Source: Gammaproteobacteria bacterium (GTDB lineage: Bacteria; Pseudomonadota; Gammaproteobacteria; Burkholderiales; Rhodocyclaceae). From it: a stretch of DNA of 64,000 bases. The stretch covers positions 53,931 through 117,930 of the forward strand of contig JAHJEO010000003.1 in assembly GCA_018825305.1 (NCBI GenBank), given 5' to 3'. The position numbers and the translations under genes were made by a program. The notes beneath the pieces are model-generated. The model saw only the letters and a program-made list of their open reading frames with translations, made no database searches and was not told the DNA's origin. Shown in pieces: positions 52,064 through 64,000 of the stretch; the first letter of the stretch is position 1; every line of letters starts with the position of its first letter.

Positions 52064-53605
52064 ATGTGTGGAATTCTCGGGGTCGTAGCGACGACGCAAG
52101 TCAATCAGCTGTTGTATGACGGCCTGCAGGTGCTGCAGCATCGCGGCCAGGACGCGGCGGGCATCGCCACGGCCGAAAGTGGGCGCTTTCACATGCACAA
52201 GGGCTCGGGTTTCGTGCGCGACGTGTTCCGCACGCGCAACATGCGCAACCTGATCGGTCGCTGGGGCATCGGTCACTGCCGTTATCCGACCGCCGGCTCG
52301 GCCTACAACGCCGCCGAGGCGCAGCCCTTCTACGTGAATTCACCCTTTGGCCTGATGCTGGCGCACAACGGCAACCTCACCAATGCCGAGCAGTTGAAGC
52401 GCGACATGTTCCTGCAGGACCTGCGCCACATGAACACCAACTCCGACTCGGAGGTGCTGCTCAACGTGCTGGCGCACGAGCTACAGGAAGCGTCCACAAA
52501 ATACCAGGTCGATGCCGAGACAATCTTCAAGGCGGTAGCCGGCGTGCATCGCCGCGTGCGCGGCGCCTATGCGGTGGTGGCGATGATCGCCGGCTACGGC
52601 CTGCTGGCGTTCCGCGATCCCTACGGCATCCGTCCGCTGGTCATAGGCCGCAACGAGACGCCCGAAGGCATGGAATACATGGTCGCCTCCGAGAGCGTGG
52701 CCGTCGATACGCTGGGCTACCAGTTCCTCCGCGACGTCGAGCCGGGCGAGGCGGTGCTGATCGACACCCAGGGAAATTTCGTCAGCCGCCAGTGCGCCGA
52801 GAAGACACAGCACGCACCGTGCATGTTCGAGTACGTCTATCTCGCGCGGCCCGACTCGTTGATCGATGGGGTTTCGGTCTATGACACCCGCGTCAAGATG
52901 GGCGAGTACCTCGCCGACAAGCTCAAGCACACCATGCCGCACCTCGAAATCGACGCGGTGATCCCGATTCCCGATTCGTCGCGGCCGGCGGCGATGGAAA
53001 TGGCGGTGCGCCTCGGCCTCCCCTACCGCGAGGGTTTCGTCAAGAACCGCTACATCGGCCGCACCTTCATCATGCCCGGCCAGTCTTCGCGCCGAAAGTC
53101 GGTGAGACAGAAGCTCAATGCCATCGCCCAGGAGTTCCGCGGCAAGAACGTGCTGTTGGTGGATGATTCCATCGTGCGCGGAACGACCAGCAAGGAGATC
53201 ATCACCATGGCGCGCGAGGCCGGTGCCCGCAAGGTCTATTTCGCCTCGGCGTCGCCACCGGTGCGCTTCCCCAACGTCTATGGCATCGACATGCCGACGC
53301 GGCGCGAGCTGATCGCCGCCTTCCGCTCCGACGACGAGATATGCCGCGAGATCGGCGCCGATGCCTTGATCTATCAGGACATCGAGGCCTTGCGCCAGTC
53401 GGTGCGCACACTAAATCCGACGCTGACCCAGTTCGATACTTCCTGCTTCGACGGTCACTACGTCACCGGCGATATCAGCGCCGAGTACCTCGATGGTGTC
53501 GAGCAGGCACGTGGCAAGCCAGCCAAGCCGGGACATGACGATGGCGACGGCAGCGATGGCGATGGTGACGGCCAGCTCGATCTCAACCTGGCCGGATCGG
53601 AGTGA
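52064..53605 (+). CDS. purF: amidophosphoribosyltransferase
   Basis: MCGILGVV N-terminal nucleophile plus a PRTase domain ([13 protein letters not shown]). Confidence 0.97.
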   Translation: MCGILGVVATTQVNQLLYDGLQVLQHRGQDAAGIATAESGRFHMHKGSGFVRDVFRTRNMRNLIGRWGIGHCRYPTAGSAYNAAEAQPFYVNSPFGLMLAHNGNLTNAEQLKRDMFLQDLRHMNTNSDSEVLLNVLAHELQEASTKYQVDAETIFKAVAGVHRRVRGAYAVVAMIAGYGLLAFRDPYGIRPLVIGRNETPEGMEYMVASESVAVDTLGYQFLRDVEPGEAVLIDTQGNFVSRQCAEKTQHAPCMFEYVYLARPDSLIDGVSVYDTRVKMGEYLADKLKHTMPHLEIDAVIPIPDSSRPAAMEMAVRLGLPYREGFVKNRYIGRTFIMPGQSSRRKSVRQKLNAIAQEFRGKNVLLVDDSIVRGTTSKEIITMAREAGARKVYFASASPPVRFPNVYGIDMPTRRELIAAFRSDDEICREIGADALIYQDIEALRQSVRTLNPTLTQFDTSCFDGHYVTGDISAEYLDGVEQARGKPAKPGHDDGDGSDGDGDGQLDLNLAGSE

Positions 53606-53634
53606 TTGACGCCGCTGGCGGCTCTGTGTAATGT
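53606..53634 (+). promoter_or_regulatory. putative sigma70 promoter for metZ
   Basis: TTGACG, 17-nt spacer, TAATGT (or 15 nt to TGTAAT), immediately after the purF stop. Confidence 0.4.
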
Positions 53635-53648
53635 TCGCACCGTACCAT

Positions 53649-53700
53649 GGCGCCGATTTGAGTTCAGCTTGCGGGCGCCTAATAAATACAGCTAAAGCGA
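53649..53700 (+). promoter_or_regulatory. candidate SAM-II (SAM_alpha-type) riboswitch aptamer
   Basis: GGCGCCGAUUUGAGUUCAGCUUGCGGGCGCCUAAUAAAUACAGCUAAAGCG contains a P1 stem (GGCGCC/GGCGCC), 5' CGAUUU, loop GCUUGC and a 3' AAAU..AGCUAAAG tail. This matches my recollection of the SAM-II consensus. It lies upstream of a methionine-pathway gene. Confidence 0.55.
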
Positions 53701-53711
53701 GAACGGCAAAT

Positions 53712-53749
53712 AGCCCGGTCCGCGCAAGCTGATCGGGCTTTTGTATTTT
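53712..53749 (+). terminator. intrinsic terminator (expression platform and/or purF terminator)
   Basis: AGCCCGGUC / GAUCGGGCU stem (one G-U pair), 10-nt loop, then TTTGTATTTT. It ends about 10 nt before the metZ ATG. Confidence 0.65.
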
Positions 53750-53759
53750 GGAGACAGCG

Positions 53760-54941
53760 ATGGACGACAATAACTATCATCTGGACACCTTGGCGGTGCG
53801 TGCCGGCCAAGAGCGCAGCCAGTTCGGCGAGCACTCCGAGGCGCTTTACCTTACCTCGAGCTTCGTTTTCAAGAATGCGGCCCACGCGGCGGCCCGTTTT
53901 TCCGGCGCCGAGGAGGGCATGGTCTATGCCCGTTTCACCAACCCCACGGTCAACATGCTGCAGCAGCGGCTGGCCGCGCTTGAAGGCGCCGAGCGCTGTG
54001 TTGCCACTGCCAGCGGCATGTCGGCGATACTGGCGACGGCGATGGCCTTCCTCAAAGCCGGCGACCATGTCGTCGCGTCGAACGGCATCTTCGGTGCGAG
54101 CCAGCAACTCTTCGGCGGCAACATCCTCGGCAAGTTCGGCATTGAGACCAGCCTGGTCGCCGCCACCGACCTCGACGCCTATCGTGCGGCGATCAAGCCC
54201 AACACCCGGTTGTTCTTCATCGAGACGCCATCCAACCCGCTGACCGAAGTCATCGACATTGCGGCGGTGGCCGAGATCGCCCATGCGGCGGGTGCGCTGC
54301 TGGTGGTCGACAACTGCTTCTGCACGCCGGTGCTGCAACGTCCGCTCGAATTCGGTGCTGACCTGGTGATCCACTCGGCGACCAAGTATCTCGACGGGCA
54401 GGGGCGGGTGCTGGGTGGCGCCGTCTGCGGCAGCGGCGCTTTGGTCGAGGAAGTATTCAAGTTCCTGCGTACGGCCGGGCCTACACTTTCCCCGTTCAAC
54501 GCCTGGGTAATTCTGAAGGGCCTGGAAACCTTGCGACTGCGTATGGAGGCGCAGTCGGCAGCCGCACTCAGGCTGGCGCAGTGGCTGGAAGCACAGCCGC
54601 AGGTGGCGCGGGTGTTCTATCCGGGGCTGCCGTCCCATCCGCAGCACGCACTGACCATGCGTCAGCAGAAGAGCGGCGGTGCCATCGTTTCGTTCGAGGT
54701 GAAGGGCGAACGCGAGGCGGCCTGGCGCGTGATCGACTCGACCCGCTTGCTCTCGATCACCGCCAACCTTGGCGATACCAAGACCACCATCACCCACCCC
54801 GCCTCGACCACCCACGGCCGCATCACACCGGAGGCGCGCGCGGCGTCGGGCATCACCGAGGGGCTGCTGCGGGTTGCCGTCGGTCTCGAAAACATCGGTG
54901 ACATCGAGGCCGATCTGGCACGGGGCCTGGGTACGATCTGA
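53760..54941 (+). CDS. metZ: O-succinylhomoserine sulfhydrylase
   Basis: Cys/Met-metabolism PLP enzyme (MDDNNYHLDTLAVRAGQ...HSATKYLDGQGRVLGG). GGAGA RBS. Conserved position after purF, as in pseudomonads and betaproteobacteria. Confidence 0.9.
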   Translation: MDDNNYHLDTLAVRAGQERSQFGEHSEALYLTSSFVFKNAAHAAARFSGAEEGMVYARFTNPTVNMLQQRLAALEGAERCVATASGMSAILATAMAFLKAGDHVVASNGIFGASQQLFGGNILGKFGIETSLVAATDLDAYRAAIKPNTRLFFIETPSNPLTEVIDIAAVAEIAHAAGALLVVDNCFCTPVLQRPLEFGADLVIHSATKYLDGQGRVLGGAVCGSGALVEEVFKFLRTAGPTLSPFNAWVILKGLETLRLRMEAQSAAALRLAQWLEAQPQVARVFYPGLPSHPQHALTMRQQKSGGAIVSFEVKGEREAAWRVIDSTRLLSITANLGDTKTTITHPASTTHGRITPEARAASGITEGLLRVAVGLENIGDIEADLARGLGTI

Positions 54942-55061
54942 GTCGGGAAGTCGCGTCTGTAGTCTGGACGAACTGCTACTGCGACGATGGCGAGTGCGTT
55001 GGCGATTTGCGCGAAAGGGTGACGCTCGTCGTCAGCGGCGGCGTGGTGACGATCGGCTGAT

Positions 55062-55586
55062 TCAGAGCAGCGGCTTGAGCGCGGCTTCGAGCTGTTCGTA
55101 GCCGATGGCGCCGGCGTGGCGAAACACCAGCGTGCCCTTGCGATCGATCAGGAAGAAGCGCGGTGGCGCGCGGGTGGGGCCGAATATCTCCGAGTGACGC
55201 GGTGTGCGCATCGCTACCGGGAAGGTATAGTGATGGTCCTGCCAGAATTCATCCACTTCCAGCCGCTCGGCATCGATGGAGACGGCGAGCAGTTCGAAGC
55301 CGCCCGCCCGATGCTTTTCGTAGAGTTTCTGCAACTCGGGCAGTTCCTTGCGGCAGGTGGGGCACCAGGTTGCCCACAGCACGACCAGCAGCGGCCGGCC
55401 AGCCAGCGCCTTGCCGGACAGCGTGCTGCCGTTTAGCAATGTCGTGTCGAAGGCGGGAATGCGGTCGCCGACTGATGGTTGCGGCAGCGGCGCATTTTGC
55501 GCGCCGGCGCTGCCGGCAGCGGCGAAGGCCAGCAATAGCAGCAACCACTGCAGCAGGTGCGGGCGGACGATCGTATGGCCGAGCAT
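55062..55586 (-). CDS. TlpA-family periplasmic thiol:disulfide oxidoreductase
   Basis: Signal peptide and WATWCPTC redox motif. Confidence 0.85.
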   Translation of the reverse strand: MLGHTIVRPHLLQWLLLLLAFAAAGSAGAQNAPLPQPSVGDRIPAFDTTLLNGSTLSGKALAGRPLLVVLWATWCPTCRKELPELQKLYEKHRAGGFELLAVSIDAERLEVDEFWQDHHYTFPVAMRTPRHSEIFGPTRAPPRFFLIDRKGTLVFRHAGAIGYEQLEAALKPLL

Positions 55587-55625
55587 GGGGTTCTCCTTCG
55601 TGACAGGACGAAACGGCGACAGTGT

Positions 55626-57533
<1,908 letters not shown>

Positions 57534-57539
57534 TGACGG

Positions 57540-57779
57540 CTATTCTTCAGTGTCGGGTTTGCTCAGGGTGACGATGCCCCTGAGTCGCGTCGTGGCGATG
57601 GCGTGCAGCACGATGCCGCAGCCGACGAAAAACACGATCGAAGCCATCAGGCTGGCCTGGATGGCGTCGTACTCGCCCTTCACGGGATACATGTATGCGC
57701 CGATGGCGCAGCCGAGGCCGGCGATGTAGCAAAGCACGGCGAATGTCATCGAGATTTTCTGGCCGAAGGTCTTGTCCAT
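57540..57779 (-). CDS. hypothetical small membrane protein (79 aa)
   Basis: Two TM helices. It ends 6 nt upstream of the recQ start. Confidence 0.5.
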   Translation of the reverse strand: MDKTFGQKISMTFAVLCYIAGLGCAIGAYMYPVKGEYDAIQASLMASIVFFVGCGIVLHAIATTRLRGIVTLSKPDTEE

Positions 57780-57824
57780 GGCGAGGTAGGTCCGGGGTAG
57801 GTGTGGCGACGGCGAACTGGCCGT

Positions 57825-58547
57825 TCAGGAAAAGGCAATGGCGCGACAGCCGCCGACATCGCAGGCGAGGTAGCCGCCCTGGTCTTGGGTCCATTCCGGC
57901 AGTACCCAGCGTTCGCCGGGGCGGCCGTCAATGTCCAGTGCGTGCCGGGCCGGGCGGTGGGTATGGCCGTGGATCATGCGGCTGACTTCGTGGCAGCGGA
58001 ACGCGGCGGTGACGGACGATGCGGCCACGTCCATTATTTCGTAGGCCTTGCCCTGCTTCTCGCGCTCGCTGTTGGCGCGCAGCTGTTCGATGTGGGCGCG
58101 GCGCTCGGTCAGCGGCAGCGCAAGGAAGTCCCGCTGCCAGCGCTCTGAGCGCACCATGGCCCGAAAGCGTTGGTAATCCGCGTCGTCGGTGCAAAGCGTA
58201 TCGCCGTGGAGCAACAGAGTCCGGCTGCCGGCGACATCGACGACGACTTCGTCAGCCAGCCGCCGTGCTCCGGTCGCGGCGCAGAAAGCGGGACCGGCGA
58301 GGAAGTCGCGGTTGCCCGGCAGGAAGAATATCGCCGTGCCGCCAGCGCCGACTTTTTCTATTGCGCTACAAATCCGGGCATTGAAGGGGGCGGCGAGGTC
58401 ATCGTCGCCGGCCCAGTAATCGAAGACGTCGCCGAGCAGGTAGAGCGCCGCCGCCTGCCGTGCCGGGCCTTCGAGAAAGCGCTCGAACAAATGCAATGTG
58501 CCCGGACGGGCCGGGCACAGGTGCAGGTCGGATGCGAACAGAATCAA
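57825..58547 (-). CDS. lpxH: UDP-2,3-diacylglucosamine diphosphatase
   Basis: MILFASDLHL...LLGDVFDYW...GNRDFL...HGDTLCTDD...IHGHTHRP, the calcineurin-like LpxH motifs. Confidence 0.93.
   Translation of the reverse strand: MILFASDLHLCPARPGTLHLFERFLEGPARQAAALYLLGDVFDYWAGDDDLAAPFNARICSAIEKVGAGGTAIFFLPGNRDFLAGPAFCAATGARRLADEVVVDVAGSRTLLLHGDTLCTDDADYQRFRAMVRSERWQRDFLALPLTERRAHIEQLRANSEREKQGKAYEIMDVAASSVTAAFRCHEVSRMIHGHTHRPARHALDIDGRPGERWVLPEWTQDQGGYLACDVGGCRAIAFS
58334..58356 (-). repeat. 23-nt word, canonical copy
   Basis: Plus strand reads CCGTGCCGCCAGCGCCGACTTTT, in lpxH (antisense to the motif; the protein reads EKVGAGGTA). Confidence 0.9.
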
Positions 58548-58558
58548 GGTGACGGGTC

Positions 58559-59062
58559 TTAGACGACTTCGGCTTTCTCGATCATCACGTCGTCGACAGG
58601 CACGTCCTGATGGAAACCCTTGTTGCCGGTCTTGACCGCGCGGATCTTGTCGACCACGTCCATGCCCTCGACCACTTCGCCGAAGACGCAGTAGCCCCAG
58701 CCGTTGCCGCTGGGCGCCTTGAAGTCGAGGAAATCGTTGTCGACGACGTTGATGAAGAATTGCGCCGTGGCCGAGTGCGGGTCGTTGGTGCGTGCCATGG
58801 CGACGCTGCCGCGCTTGTTGCGCAGGCCCGCCTTTGAGCTTGATTCGGCTTCATTCTCGATCGGCTCGCCGACCGGCTTCTGCTTCATGCCGGGCTCGAA
58901 GCCGCCGCCCTGGACCATGAATCCGGAAATGACGCGATGGAAGACGGTGTTGTCGTAGTGCCCGGCATTCACGTAGTCGATGAAGTTCTGCGCCGACTTG
59001 GGGGTGGCCTCAGCGTTGAGTTCGATGCCTATGGTGCCGAGGCTGGTAGTGAGTTTGATCAT
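58559..59062 (-). CDS. ppiB: cytoplasmic peptidyl-prolyl cis-trans isomerase (cyclophilin B)
   Basis: 167-aa cyclophilin ([15 protein letters not shown]...[21 protein letters not shown]). Confidence 0.95.
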   Translation of the reverse strand: MIKLTTSLGTIGIELNAEATPKSAQNFIDYVNAGHYDNTVFHRVISGFMVQGGGFEPGMKQKPVGEPIENEAESSSKAGLRNKRGSVAMARTNDPHSATAQFFINVVDNDFLDFKAPSGNGWGYCVFGEVVEGMDVVDKIRAVKTGNKGFHQDVPVDDVMIEKAEVV

Positions 59063-59063
59063 G

Positions 59064-59627
59064 TTATTTCTTCTCGGAAAGGAGTTTGACGGATTCGATG
59101 ACGACCGGCGTGGTCGGAACGTTCTGGTGGAAGCCGGCGTTGCCGGTGGGCACCTTGGCGATCAGGTTCACCACGTCCATGCCCTGGGTGACCTTGCCGA
59201 ACACGGCGTAGCCCCAGCCATCCCGGCTCGGGTAGTCGAGAAAGGTGTTGTCCTTGAGGTTGACGAAGAACTGTGCCGAGGCCGAGTGCGGATCCGAAGT
59301 GCGGGCCATCGCCAGCGTGCCGGTCTGGTTCTTGAGGCCATTCTTGGCCTCGTTCTGGATCGTCGCCCGCGTGTCTTTCTGCTTCATGTCCGGCGTGAAG
59401 CCGCCGCCCTGGATCATGAAGTTGTCGATGACGCGGTGAAAGATGGTGCCGACGAAAAAGCCGTCCTTGACGTACTGCAGGAAGTTCTCGACCGTCTTCG
59501 GCGCCTTGTCTGCATACAGTTCGATGGTGATCGCGCCCCGATTGGTCTTCAGTTCCACCTGGGGGTTGGCGGCGAAAAGCGGCAGGGAGAAAAATACGGC
59601 GCACAGCGCGACGGCAAACTTCTTCAT
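59064..59627 (-). CDS. ppiA: periplasmic peptidyl-prolyl cis-trans isomerase (cyclophilin A)
   Basis: Signal peptide [19 protein letters not shown] plus a cyclophilin core. Confidence 0.93.
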   Translation of the reverse strand: MKKFAVALCAVFFSLPLFAANPQVELKTNRGAITIELYADKAPKTVENFLQYVKDGFFVGTIFHRVIDNFMIQGGGFTPDMKQKDTRATIQNEAKNGLKNQTGTLAMARTSDPHSASAQFFVNLKDNTFLDYPSRDGWGYAVFGKVTQGMDVVNLIAKVPTGNAGFHQNVPTTPVVIESVKLLSEKK

Positions 59628-59688
59628 GGGAACTCCTCGGTTTGAAACGGAAATGGCCGCTGGCGGTCGGCAGGGAAGGCAGAGGCTC

Positions 59689-60882
59689 TCAGGCCGCACC
59701 CTCGAACGCGATCTTCCAGCGCCCGTCTTCCTTGATCCAGTACTGGCGCTTCTTCATAAGGTTCGAAAGATTGCTGCTGCGGTAATCCTGGTCGAAGGTG
59801 ACGACCACATACTCTTCCTTGCCCGGATTGCGGAACATGCTGATGTCGCCGGTGGCGACCTTGATCCAGCTCTTGGCGGCGTTGATCCTGCGCTTCTGCT
59901 CGATCCAGGCCTGCTGCCCCTGACCGTCGCTCTGGAACTTCTTCGAATAGTGGCGGGCGTAGCGGTCGGTGTCGCGGCTTTCCCAATCCTCGCGCCATTC
60001 GTTGATCATGGTCAGCAGTGACTGGCGCTCGGCCTGCCAGTCGTCGAGCGACAGCCATTCGATGCTGTTGCTGATGATGACCGGCGTCAGGCCCACTTGC
60101 AGGTTCTTGGAAAGTGCGTCGAGATCCTGGTTGGCCAGCACGACGCAGCCGTCGGATGCCTTGGGCGGACGCGAGAAAGTGTCGGACGGCGTACCGTGCA
60201 GCCAGATGCCGTGGCCGTTGCGGCCCTGGCGCTTGTCCCATTCGTTGGGGTAGTTGATGGGAAAGGCGCCGCTGCCGTAAAAATCGGTGAGCTTCTGGCG
60301 CGGTAGGCTGGAGGTGACGTGATAGACGCCGATGGGGGTTTTCTTGTCGCCTTCCTTGAGTTTCGCGTCGCCTAGCTTGCCGTGGGAAATGTAGTAGTCG
60401 GCGACGAAGCGCGGCGTGCCCTTGTCGTTCTGATAAACATAGAGCCGCGCCTTCTGGGTGTCGACGACCACGGCGTACTTCTGATCGGCCTGCATCTGCA
60501 GCAGGTAGCGCGGCACGTAATCGCCGTTGGGCTTGCTCTTGTAGGCTTTGAGGCGGGCCAGCGCCTCGTCGCGCAGGTCGGCGACCTTGTCGCCTGCGGC
60601 CAGGGTGCCGCCTTCGCCGAAGGCCTTGAGCTGCTTGGTGCGCGCCAGCAGCAGGTCGCCCTTGATCAGGTGGGCGAGGCGGAAATTGGGATAGGCCTTG
60701 AGCAGGTCTTCGGTTTGCCGCAGTGCAGCTTCCCACTTGTTGGCCTCGATCTGGGCCAGGACGTTGGCCAGCAGTGGCTCGGGGCCGGAGTCGGTGTAGC
60801 GTGGGCCACCTGCCGCGACTGCAGCCGTGACGCAGAAGGCCAGGATGAACGGGATGAACCGCGCGCGCAGCGCCTTGAACAT
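59689..60882 (-). CDS. L,D-transpeptidase (YkuD) with C-terminal NTF2/SnoaL-like domain
   Basis: Catalytic [26 protein letters not shown] plus a C-terminal domain of about 110 aa. The ATG at 60882 overlaps the upstream stop (TGATG). Confidence 0.85.
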   Translation of the reverse strand: MFKALRARFIPFILAFCVTAAVAAGGPRYTDSGPEPLLANVLAQIEANKWEAALRQTEDLLKAYPNFRLAHLIKGDLLLARTKQLKAFGEGGTLAAGDKVADLRDEALARLKAYKSKPNGDYVPRYLLQMQADQKYAVVVDTQKARLYVYQNDKGTPRFVADYYISHGKLGDAKLKEGDKKTPIGVYHVTSSLPRQKLTDFYGSGAFPINYPNEWDKRQGRNGHGIWLHGTPSDTFSRPPKASDGCVVLANQDLDALSKNLQVGLTPVIISNSIEWLSLDDWQAERQSLLTMINEWREDWESRDTDRYARHYSKKFQSDGQGQQAWIEQKRRINAAKSWIKVATGDISMFRNPGKEEYVVVTFDQDYRSSNLSNLMKKRQYWIKEDGRWKIAFEGAA

Positions 60883-61991
60883 CAGTTCCCGATCTTCTCT
60901 TGCTGGATCAGCCACTTGCCGTCATTTCTGACCATCTCCAGTATCTTGCTGGTAGATGCCTTGAATGAGCCGGCCTTGTAATGCTGACGAAACTTGGCGG
61001 TGGCACGGTCGGCGCCATTGAGTGTGACACGCATATTCTCGATGCTGACCTGAATCGAACTGGGCCTGGCGATGCGCTTGTTGCGCTCGCTTTCCCAAGC
61101 AGAGCGGGACTCTCCGTCGGGTGTCTTGAAGTCCTTCGCATAGTGCGCGAGGTAGTCCTTGACATCCTTTTTCGACCAGGCGGAAGCCCATGACGCCACT
61201 GCCTTGGCGACTTCGACATTGGCATCTCCGGCCGGCTTCTGCTCGGCAGCGGGCTTGGCTTCCACCGCCGGCTTGGCTGGGGTGGCGGCTGCCGGGGTCG
61301 GCGCCACAGCCAGCGGGGCGGGGGCAGTGGCGACCGGGGCGGGTGCGACAGGCTTGGGTTCGGGGGTGGCGACGGGTTTGGTTTCGACCGGCCTGGTTTC
61401 GGCTACCTTGACCTCGGCGGCAACCGGCTTCACGGCGGCGGGTTTTGCAGCAGGGCGGGAACCCATCAGGTCGCGGATCATCGCCAGCTTGGACTGGGCG
61501 CTGGCGTTGCCCTTGTCGAGCTGCAGGGCCTTGTCGTAGGCCTGGCTGGCCAGGCGTGCGTAGATGTCGCCGAGGTTCTCGTGGGCGGTGGCGTAGGACG
61601 GATGAGTACGGATCGCCATTTCGAGCGCCTGCTTGGCCTTGTCGTACTGCTTCTGCTGGGCGTAGATCACTGCCAGGTTGTTGTAGGGCTCGGGCAGTTC
61701 GGGATAGTCTTCGGTGAGCTTGGTGAAAATGCCGACCGCGTCGTTGGTCTTGCCCATCTCGGTGAGGATCAGGCCCTTGAGGAAGCGGCCCTGCGCGTCC
61801 TTGGGCTTGCCGGACAGGAATTTATCGACCTGCTCCAGAGCTTGGCTGTGCTGCCCCTGCTTGAGAAAGCGCTGGGCATCCTGAATGTTGTCGGCATGGG
61901 CCGGCAGCGAGATCAGGGCGAGGCTCGTCCCACCGGCGAAAGCGACGGCGAGAAGGGTCTTGCGGCACGGGAAATTGCGGAAATTGAGCAT
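60882..61991 (-). CDS. secreted TPR-repeat protein with Pro/Ala-rich linker and C-terminal NTF2/SnoaL-like domain
   Basis: Start [21 protein letters not shown] (signal), TPR repeats ([25 protein letters not shown]...), a PA-rich linker, and a C-terminal domain paralogous to that of the adjacent L,D-transpeptidase. Confidence 0.75.
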   Translation of the reverse strand: MLNFRNFPCRKTLLAVAFAGGTSLALISLPAHADNIQDAQRFLKQGQHSQALEQVDKFLSGKPKDAQGRFLKGLILTEMGKTNDAVGIFTKLTEDYPELPEPYNNLAVIYAQQKQYDKAKQALEMAIRTHPSYATAHENLGDIYARLASQAYDKALQLDKGNASAQSKLAMIRDLMGSRPAAKPAAVKPVAAEVKVAETRPVETKPVATPEPKPVAPAPVATAPAPLAVAPTPAAATPAKPAVEAKPAAEQKPAGDANVEVAKAVASWASAWSKKDVKDYLAHYAKDFKTPDGESRSAWESERNKRIARPSSIQVSIENMRVTLNGADRATAKFRQHYKAGSFKASTSKILEMVRNDGKWLIQQEKIGN

Positions 61992-62127
61992 GGTATACTT
62001 GCGTCGAAGCTGCGCCGGACGGTCGGATTTGACTGGCGATTCTATCAAGAAGGTACCCATCGTCACAACTTTCGGGCCCTTCGGAAGGCCGGAGAACGGC
62101 CGATTTCCCTTACCTGTTCCCTTTGGC

Positions 62128-63516
62128 ATGATCAAGCTCTACAACTCCCTGCACCGCGAGATACAGGAATTCTCGCCAATCGAGCCGGGGCGCGTCCGCA
62201 TGTATGTCTGCGGCATGACGGTTTACGACTACTGCCATCTCGGCCACGCCCGCGTCATGGTGGTGTTCGACATGGTGGCGCGCTGGTTGCGTGCATCCGG
62301 TTTCGACGTCACCTATGTTCGCAATATCACCGACATTGACGACAAAATCATCCGTCGTGCCGGTGAGAACGGCGAATCGATCCGCACCCTGACCGACCGC
62401 TTCATCGCTTGCATGAACGAGGACGCTGAGGCGCTGGGGGTGCTCAAGCCGGACTTTGAGCCGCGTGCCACCGACTATGTGCCGCAGATGCTGGCGATGA
62501 TCGGCCAACTCGAAAAAAACGGGCTGGCCTACCAGGCCGGCGAGGGTGGGGACGGCGACGTCTGCTATGCGGTGCGAAAATTCGATGGCTACGGCAAGCT
62601 ATCCGGCAAGTCGCTCGAAGACCTGCGCGCCGGCGAGCGTGTCGATGTGCGCGAGGGCAAGCATGATCCACTCGATTTCGTGCTGTGGAAGGGTGCCAAG
62701 GAAGGTGAGCCCGCCGAGGCCCAATGGGATTCGCCGTGGGGCAAGGGCCGGCCGGGCTGGCATATCGAATGCTCGGCCATGGGTTCCGATATTCTCGGCA
62801 GGCATTTCGACATCCATGGCGGCGGACAGGACCTGCAATTCCCCCATCATGAGAACGAAATCGCTCAGTCCGAAGGCGCTCACCAGTGCGCTTTCGTCAA
62901 TTACTGGATGCACAATGGCTTCGTTCGCGTCGATGACGAGAAAATGTCCAAGTCGCTGGGCAACTTCTTCACCATTCGTGAAGTTCTGAAAACGTACGAC
63001 GCCGAAGTGGTACGGTTCTTCATCCTGCGTGCCCACTATCGGAGCCCGCTCAACTATTCGGATGCCCATCTCGACGATGCGCGCGGTGCATTGACCCGGC
63101 TATACACGGCATTGAAGGGCCATGCTGGCGATGGCCGACTTGATTGGGATGAGTCGCATGCGCAGCGCTTCAAGGCGGCGATGGACAATGATTTCGGGAC
63201 GTCCGAGGCGATGACCGTGCTGTTCGACCTTGCCAACGAACTGAATCGTGGCCAGGATCCGCGTCTGGCAGTTCAGCTCAAGGGCCTGGGTGGCGTCCTT
63301 GGCCTGCTGCAGCGTGACCCCGTCGAATTTCTGCAGGCGGCACCCGGCGTTGCGGGAGACCTTGTGGCCGAGTCGATCGAAGAACGCATCGCTGCCCGAA
63401 TCGCGGCGAAGAAGGCGAAGGACTTTGCCGAGTCGGACCGCATTCGCGACGAACTCAAGGCTGCCGGCATCGTCCTCGAGGACGGACCGCAGGGGACGAC
63501 CTGGCGCCGGGCCTGA
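62128..63516 (+). CDS. cysS: cysteine-tRNA ligase
   Basis: [15 protein letters not shown]...[15 protein letters not shown] (HIGH motif) and KMSKSLGN. Confidence 0.97.
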   Translation: MIKLYNSLHREIQEFSPIEPGRVRMYVCGMTVYDYCHLGHARVMVVFDMVARWLRASGFDVTYVRNITDIDDKIIRRAGENGESIRTLTDRFIACMNEDAEALGVLKPDFEPRATDYVPQMLAMIGQLEKNGLAYQAGEGGDGDVCYAVRKFDGYGKLSGKSLEDLRAGERVDVREGKHDPLDFVLWKGAKEGEPAEAQWDSPWGKGRPGWHIECSAMGSDILGRHFDIHGGGQDLQFPHHENEIAQSEGAHQCAFVNYWMHNGFVRVDDEKMSKSLGNFFTIREVLKTYDAEVVRFFILRAHYRSPLNYSDAHLDDARGALTRLYTALKGHAGDGRLDWDESHAQRFKAAMDNDFGTSEAMTVLFDLANELNRGQDPRLAVQLKGLGGVLGLLQRDPVEFLQAAPGVAGDLVAESIEERIAARIAAKKAKDFAESDRIRDELKAAGIVLEDGPQGTTWRRA

Positions 63517-63549
63517 ATCTGGTGGTGTGCCGGTCGGCACGTCACGGAA

Positions 63550-64000
63550 CTACTGGGCTTGCCGCACCTTCTCAAGAATCTCCAGAAGGTCCTTCTCCCA
63601 GCGCTCGAAAACGGGCTTGAGCTCCGAGTTGGGGAAAAACTCGCCGAGCACGCTTGGCCGATTGGTGGAAAGCAGGGTCTGGTCGCCCTCGGCGAAGATG
63701 GCGATGTTGAGTGGCAGGAAGGGCATCAACTGCGGGTGCTTGTCGGCGAGTGCGGCCATCTCCGCGGCCTTGCCGTAGAAGACGACGCGATACTTGTCGG
63801 TCTTGTAGCCGCGCCCCTCAAGGCCGATGTCGACGCGCTGGACGCGGGCCAGCGTGTAGCCCTGCGCGGTGATGGCATTCTGCAGTGTCAGCATCGCCCC
63901 CTCGAAATCCTGGCCGGAGCGGATCAGCAGCATCTGGTCGGCCTGGGCGGCCGGAGCCAGCGCCAGCAGGGACGCCGCAAGCCAGGCGGCAAGGTATCGC
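63550..64000 (-). CDS. DUF302-like secreted protein (5' end beyond window)
   Basis: The frame stays open upstream of ORF 63550..63933 and encodes signal-peptide-like ...LAAWLAASLLALAPAAQA up to the window edge. Confidence 0.5.
   Translation of the reverse strand, partial: RYLAAWLAASLLALAPAAQADQMLLIRSGQDFEGAMLTLQNAITAQGYTLARVQRVDIGLEGRGYKTDKYRVVFYGKAAEMAALADKHPQLMPFLPLNIAIFAEGDQTLLSTNRPSVLGEFFPNSELKPVFERWEKDLLEILEKVRQAQ

Overview
The window is a high-GC (visually about 60-65% outside one island) chromosomal segment. Gene content and synteny look betaproteobacterial and Rhodocyclales-like; that assignment is an inference from gene order, not a database hit. It is almost entirely core housekeeping. 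In order: hppA-ggt, murJ, rpsT, a small ORF convergent with an orphan ParA-like ATPase, an arginine cluster (argD-argF-[cytochrome c'-like]-argG) followed by DUF2788-ppnP-yajQ, a GATase/Nudix/CobD-like/thiolase stretch, and a packed minus-strand operon (M48 protease-cytochrome c-phhB-rsgA-glycosyltransferase). Then come orn, an ArnT/PMT-like glycosyltransferase, rpmE, rho, trxA, fdxA, a CBS protein, fadD, an orphan periplasmic binding protein coupled to a PAS-GGDEF-EAL protein, aroC, DUF465, an MFS transporter and an M48 lipoprotein. The last part is the conserved block leuC-(entericidin-like)-leuD-leuB-asd-fimV-truA-trpFBA-accD-[island]-folC-dedD-like-cvpA-purF-metZ, followed by tlpA-like, recQ, lpxH, ppiB, ppiA, an L,D-transpeptidase, a TPR protein, cysS and a truncated DUF302 gene. 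I saw no rRNA, tRNA, CRISPR array, transposase or integrase. Four signals stand out beyond ordinary annotation. (1) A 23-nt word (AAAAGTCGGCGCTGGCGGCACGG) occurs 6 times nearly perfectly and 3 times degenerately. It sits inside unrelated genes in three coding registers and in intergenic DNA, and its orientation flips once across the window. (2) An AT-richer 1.6-kb cassette (brnT/brnA toxin-antitoxin plus a PNPOx-like gene) lies between accD and folC, bracketed by about 210-bp, roughly 90% identical inverted repeats that are themselves hairpin-rich. (3) A candidate SAM-II riboswitch plus terminator sits in front of metZ. (4) A perfect extended -10 promoter followed about 20 nt later by a strong intrinsic terminator lies immediately upstream of argD, so it is either an attenuator or a roughly 50-nt sRNA. 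CDS ends come from the supplied ORF track, and starts were refined from conserved N-termini and RBS positions. Hand-located short motifs may be off by 1-2 nt.
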